The notes under the pieces: model-generated
Database searches by the model: none
The model's input: only the letters and a program-made list of their open reading frames with translations
What the model was told of the DNA's origin: nothing
Made by a program: the position numbers and the translations under genes
DNA from: Hyphochytrium catenoides
Lineage: Eukaryota > Protista > Hyphochytriomycota
Reading direction: 5' to 3'
NCBI GenBank assembly: GCA_900088475.1
Contig: FLMG01004535.1
Coordinates: 62,001-126,000, forward strand
DNA: 64,000 nt
Part shown: piece after piece, positions 61,041 to 64,000 of the stretch
Numbering within the stretch: position 1 is the first letter of the stretch
Layout of the letters: every line of letters begins with the position of its first letter

Positions 61041-61334
61041 GAGAGCAGGAGGAGGGCAGGATAGAGATAGACTGAGAGCCTAAGAGTGAGCCTCAGCGCT
61101 TCTTCTCTCCTCTTTCCCCCGCCGCTCGGGTTCCCTGTCGATCAGAAGCTGTTATCCCTCCGACCTCACTCTCCAGTCCAGCGATACCACCTCGCTGTCC
61201 CTCTCTCCTCTCTCCCTACCTCAGCACTCTGAGATCTCTCTCTCTCTCTCTCTCCATCGTCCCACGCCTCTCTCTTCTCCTGTCAGCTCGTCCTGCTCTC
61301 TCCCCTTTAGACTCCTCGCTCTTCACGCTGCAAG

Positions 61335-61727
61335 ATGATTAACGCGACCACTGCGGCCGCGCAGCCCGCGGTGGCTGTAGGTCCCTCTCCCTCTCCTGCT
61401 CCTCCCACGCGGAAGGTGATCTTCATTGCTGATGACGATTATTATTCTTGGAAGCGGGAGGACAGCCGACTGAACGGGAACATCTGCTGCTTTATGGCTC
61501 TGACGCTCACCTGCATCGTCCTGGGCTTCTCCCAGCTTTACTCGCCTAGAATCTGCTTTGGGTAAGAAAGAGAGAGAGGAAGAAAACGAGAAAGAAGAAA
61601 GAGAGACAGTGAGAGAGAGAGAGAGAGACAGAGAGAGAGAGAAAAGGGAAGAGCAGCTAGCGCGTCATGGGTCATGTATGGGTTATGAAAGGAAGGAGCA
61701 AGTGAGAACTCGTGAAAACGAGAGCAA

Positions 61728-61759
<32 letters not shown>

Positions 61760-62297
61760 GTGTCCAATCTCTGGGCTTTGACTCCATCTTTCTTCCACGG
61801 GTCTCTCGCCTTGGTCATCCATCTGCTAGCTTTCTCTGGTCTCCATTCTGTCTCTTTCCCAATCCAGCAGCGCTAGATCTTAACCTCGGCCTCCTTTTCC
61901 GTGCCACTCTCTGCTTGTCTCTCTTCTCTCTTCTCTCACACACACATCATTGTCTCTCTTTCTCTGTCTCCGTGCATCGACTCTGCGTCCCTTTGATAAA
62001 ACGCTCAACTGGGTCTTTCTCTCTTTGTGCCGGCAGCGTGTACAAGAGGTAAGGACATCCCCTCTGCTTGATTAGGAATTTCTCTTCACTCATTCTTTTT
62101 CGCTGACCCCTCCGCTTTTGATTGTGTCTGTTTCTCTCTCTCTCTCTTTTGTTCTCTCTCTTTCTCTCTCTCCTTCCTGTGCGTCTCTCTCTATATTACA
62201 TCAGACTTCTCTCTATCCCTTTTCTCTCTAAAAGATCTAACTCTTTCTCTCTCTCTCTTTGGCTAAAAACATCTCAAAGTAGCTAATCTCTCTCTCT

Positions 62298-62344
<47 letters not shown>

Positions 62345-63209
62345 GCCCTGCGGACTGATCCTACAGTGTCCATGTGAACCAGACGGTAGCCTTGAACGGC
62401 TACTCTACGCAGCAAGCCTGCATCTCTGACACCTACGCGGACTCGGGCTCTGGCCGTCCTTCCATCGGCATCTGGGCCGAGGCGTCCTCTCTCACCTCCC
62501 CAGCCTCCAACCTCACAGTCAGCACTGATCTCTCCGCTGTCATCCCTGGTGAGTCTATCTTCCTCTTCTATCCTGTCATATTCTTTCTCTCTCTCTCTCT
62601 CCCCCCTTACCTCTCTCTCTCTCCCTTCCTCTCTCTCTCTCTCTGTCTCTCTCTTCTTCCTTTCTTTTTCTTTCCTTTCTCTCTCACTTTGCACATGAGA
62701 TTTATCGCTTTCACTCTCCCTCCTTGCCATTTCTTAGTGTCACTTGAATGGCCTTCTGGATCTGGTGCCGCGCCTTCCCTCCCTCCCTCAGCTGGTCTTC
62801 TCTCTCTCTCTCTCTCTCTCTCGCTCTCTTTCTCTCTCTCTGTCTCTTTCTCTCTCGATCTCGCCCCGATTTCTCTCCCTTTCTCTCTCACTCTCTCTTC
62901 AACCCTCTTTTTATGGTAACTGGGTCCTGACACTCCTACCTTCTAAGGCGGCTGGCCACTCGCCAACAGCGTGTTCCACTTGACGGCCGTCATCCTTGGC
63001 TTCTTGGCCTCCTGCGCGCTGCTGACCGTCAACCCGAAGGTTGGCTGTTTCTCTTGGGGAGCCCTTGCTCTGCTGTTCGCAGTCGTCTTCATCTGGGGTG
63101 AGAACCAGGGCTGATGCTTTACTGCGGCTCTCTTCCTTCTACCTTTCTCCTTTCCTCTACCTTTCTCTCTGTCTGTCTGTCTGTCACTCTCTCTCTCTCT
63201 CTCTCTCTC

Positions 63210-63246
<37 letters not shown>

Positions 63247-63691
63247 GTCTCTGCGCCTCTTATTCTCTCACCCTCTCTCTCTTCTTCATACCTTGCTCGA
63301 AGCAACGGAGTGCTCAGCTTTCTCTCCTCTCTCTGGCTTATCTGTCTTCCGCTGCCTGTGAATATCTCACCACCTTTGCTCGAGGGCAGATTCCGTCACC
63401 ATCTCCCGCTGGAACTCGGAGTGCCCGGACCTAAAGCAGAAATATCAGGAGATGGCTGTTGACGCGATCTTCCCTGCCTTACAAGCTGGACAGCTGCAGA
63501 GCCTCTTGAGCGCTGTGAACGTGGTTTGTTACTTTGACTGGTTCATCACTGATGTCGTCTTCGAGGCTCTCGCCTTCCTGGCGGCCGCCATTGGCTGTAC
63601 GATTGACTACTATGCCTGGAAGACCGAGGCCAGCGGAGAAGGAGAGGATGGCATGCAGCCATTGCTCTATGGAGAGCAATACTATGAATAG
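61335..63691 (+). CDS. uncharacterised four-transmembrane protein, 5 exons including a 12-nt microexon
   Basis: Exons of about 61335-61561, 62037-62048, 62367-62548, 62948-63097 and 63487-63691 join in phase. Four hydrophobic segments, NQT/NLT sequons in loop 1, tail ending EDGMQPLLYGEQYYE*. Confidence 0.72.
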
Positions 63692-63899
63692 TTTACGAGG
63701 TATAGGGGAAGAAGAGAGAGAAGAGAGGGAAAGAGAGAAGAGAGAGGCAGAGAGAGAGAACTGAAGGGGTCATAACATGTATGTGGGGGCCAAGGAGGTA
63801 GTTGCCCTAGTGACTATAACAGTAAGTGTTTAATTGCGTCCAGAAAGCCAACTTCAGTGTGCAGCCCAGGAATGGCGATAATCCTCCGTGGGCGTCGGT

Positions 63900-63930
<31 letters not shown>

Positions 63931-64000
63931 TTCTCTCTCTCTCTCTCTCTCACCTGTCCTTCTCTCTATACTTATTAGAGTGTCAGCTATTTGTGATGGC

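Overview
Gene-dense, intron-rich eukaryotic (protist-like) genomic DNA, saturated with (CT)n/(GA)n microsatellites. All eight N-gaps fall inside such tracts. The gene content (RWP-RK factor, WRKY19-like C-x4-C..HGGG repeats, EDR2-like PH-START-DUF1336, FN3/EGF/TSP1 and SUEL-lectin membrane proteins) suggests a stramenopile or similar lineage; this is inference only. Joining exons by hand at GT-AG sites supports about 16 protein-coding genes: quinone oxidoreductase, RWP-RK transcription factor, 5-oxoprolinase (about 31 exons), EDR2-like lipid-binding protein, a conserved unknown membrane protein, NTF2 (missed by the ORF track), a degenerate CANT1/apyrase-like protein, a myristoylated ankyrin protein, a PP2C phosphatase, a stand-alone SUKH (SMI1/KNR4) protein, an FN3-EGF-TSP1 membrane protein, an HSL-family esterase, a WRKY19-like zinc-finger-repeat protein, a SUEL-lectin membrane protein, a GEP4/YqeG-type PGP phosphatase and a 4-TM protein. 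No rRNA, tRNA, CRISPR array or transposase was recognised. The most interesting signals are introns with complementary 5'-(GA)/3'-(CT) halves, a probable pseudo-apyrase, a hydrophobic insertion inside a START domain, a 12-nt microexon and a bimodal intron density.
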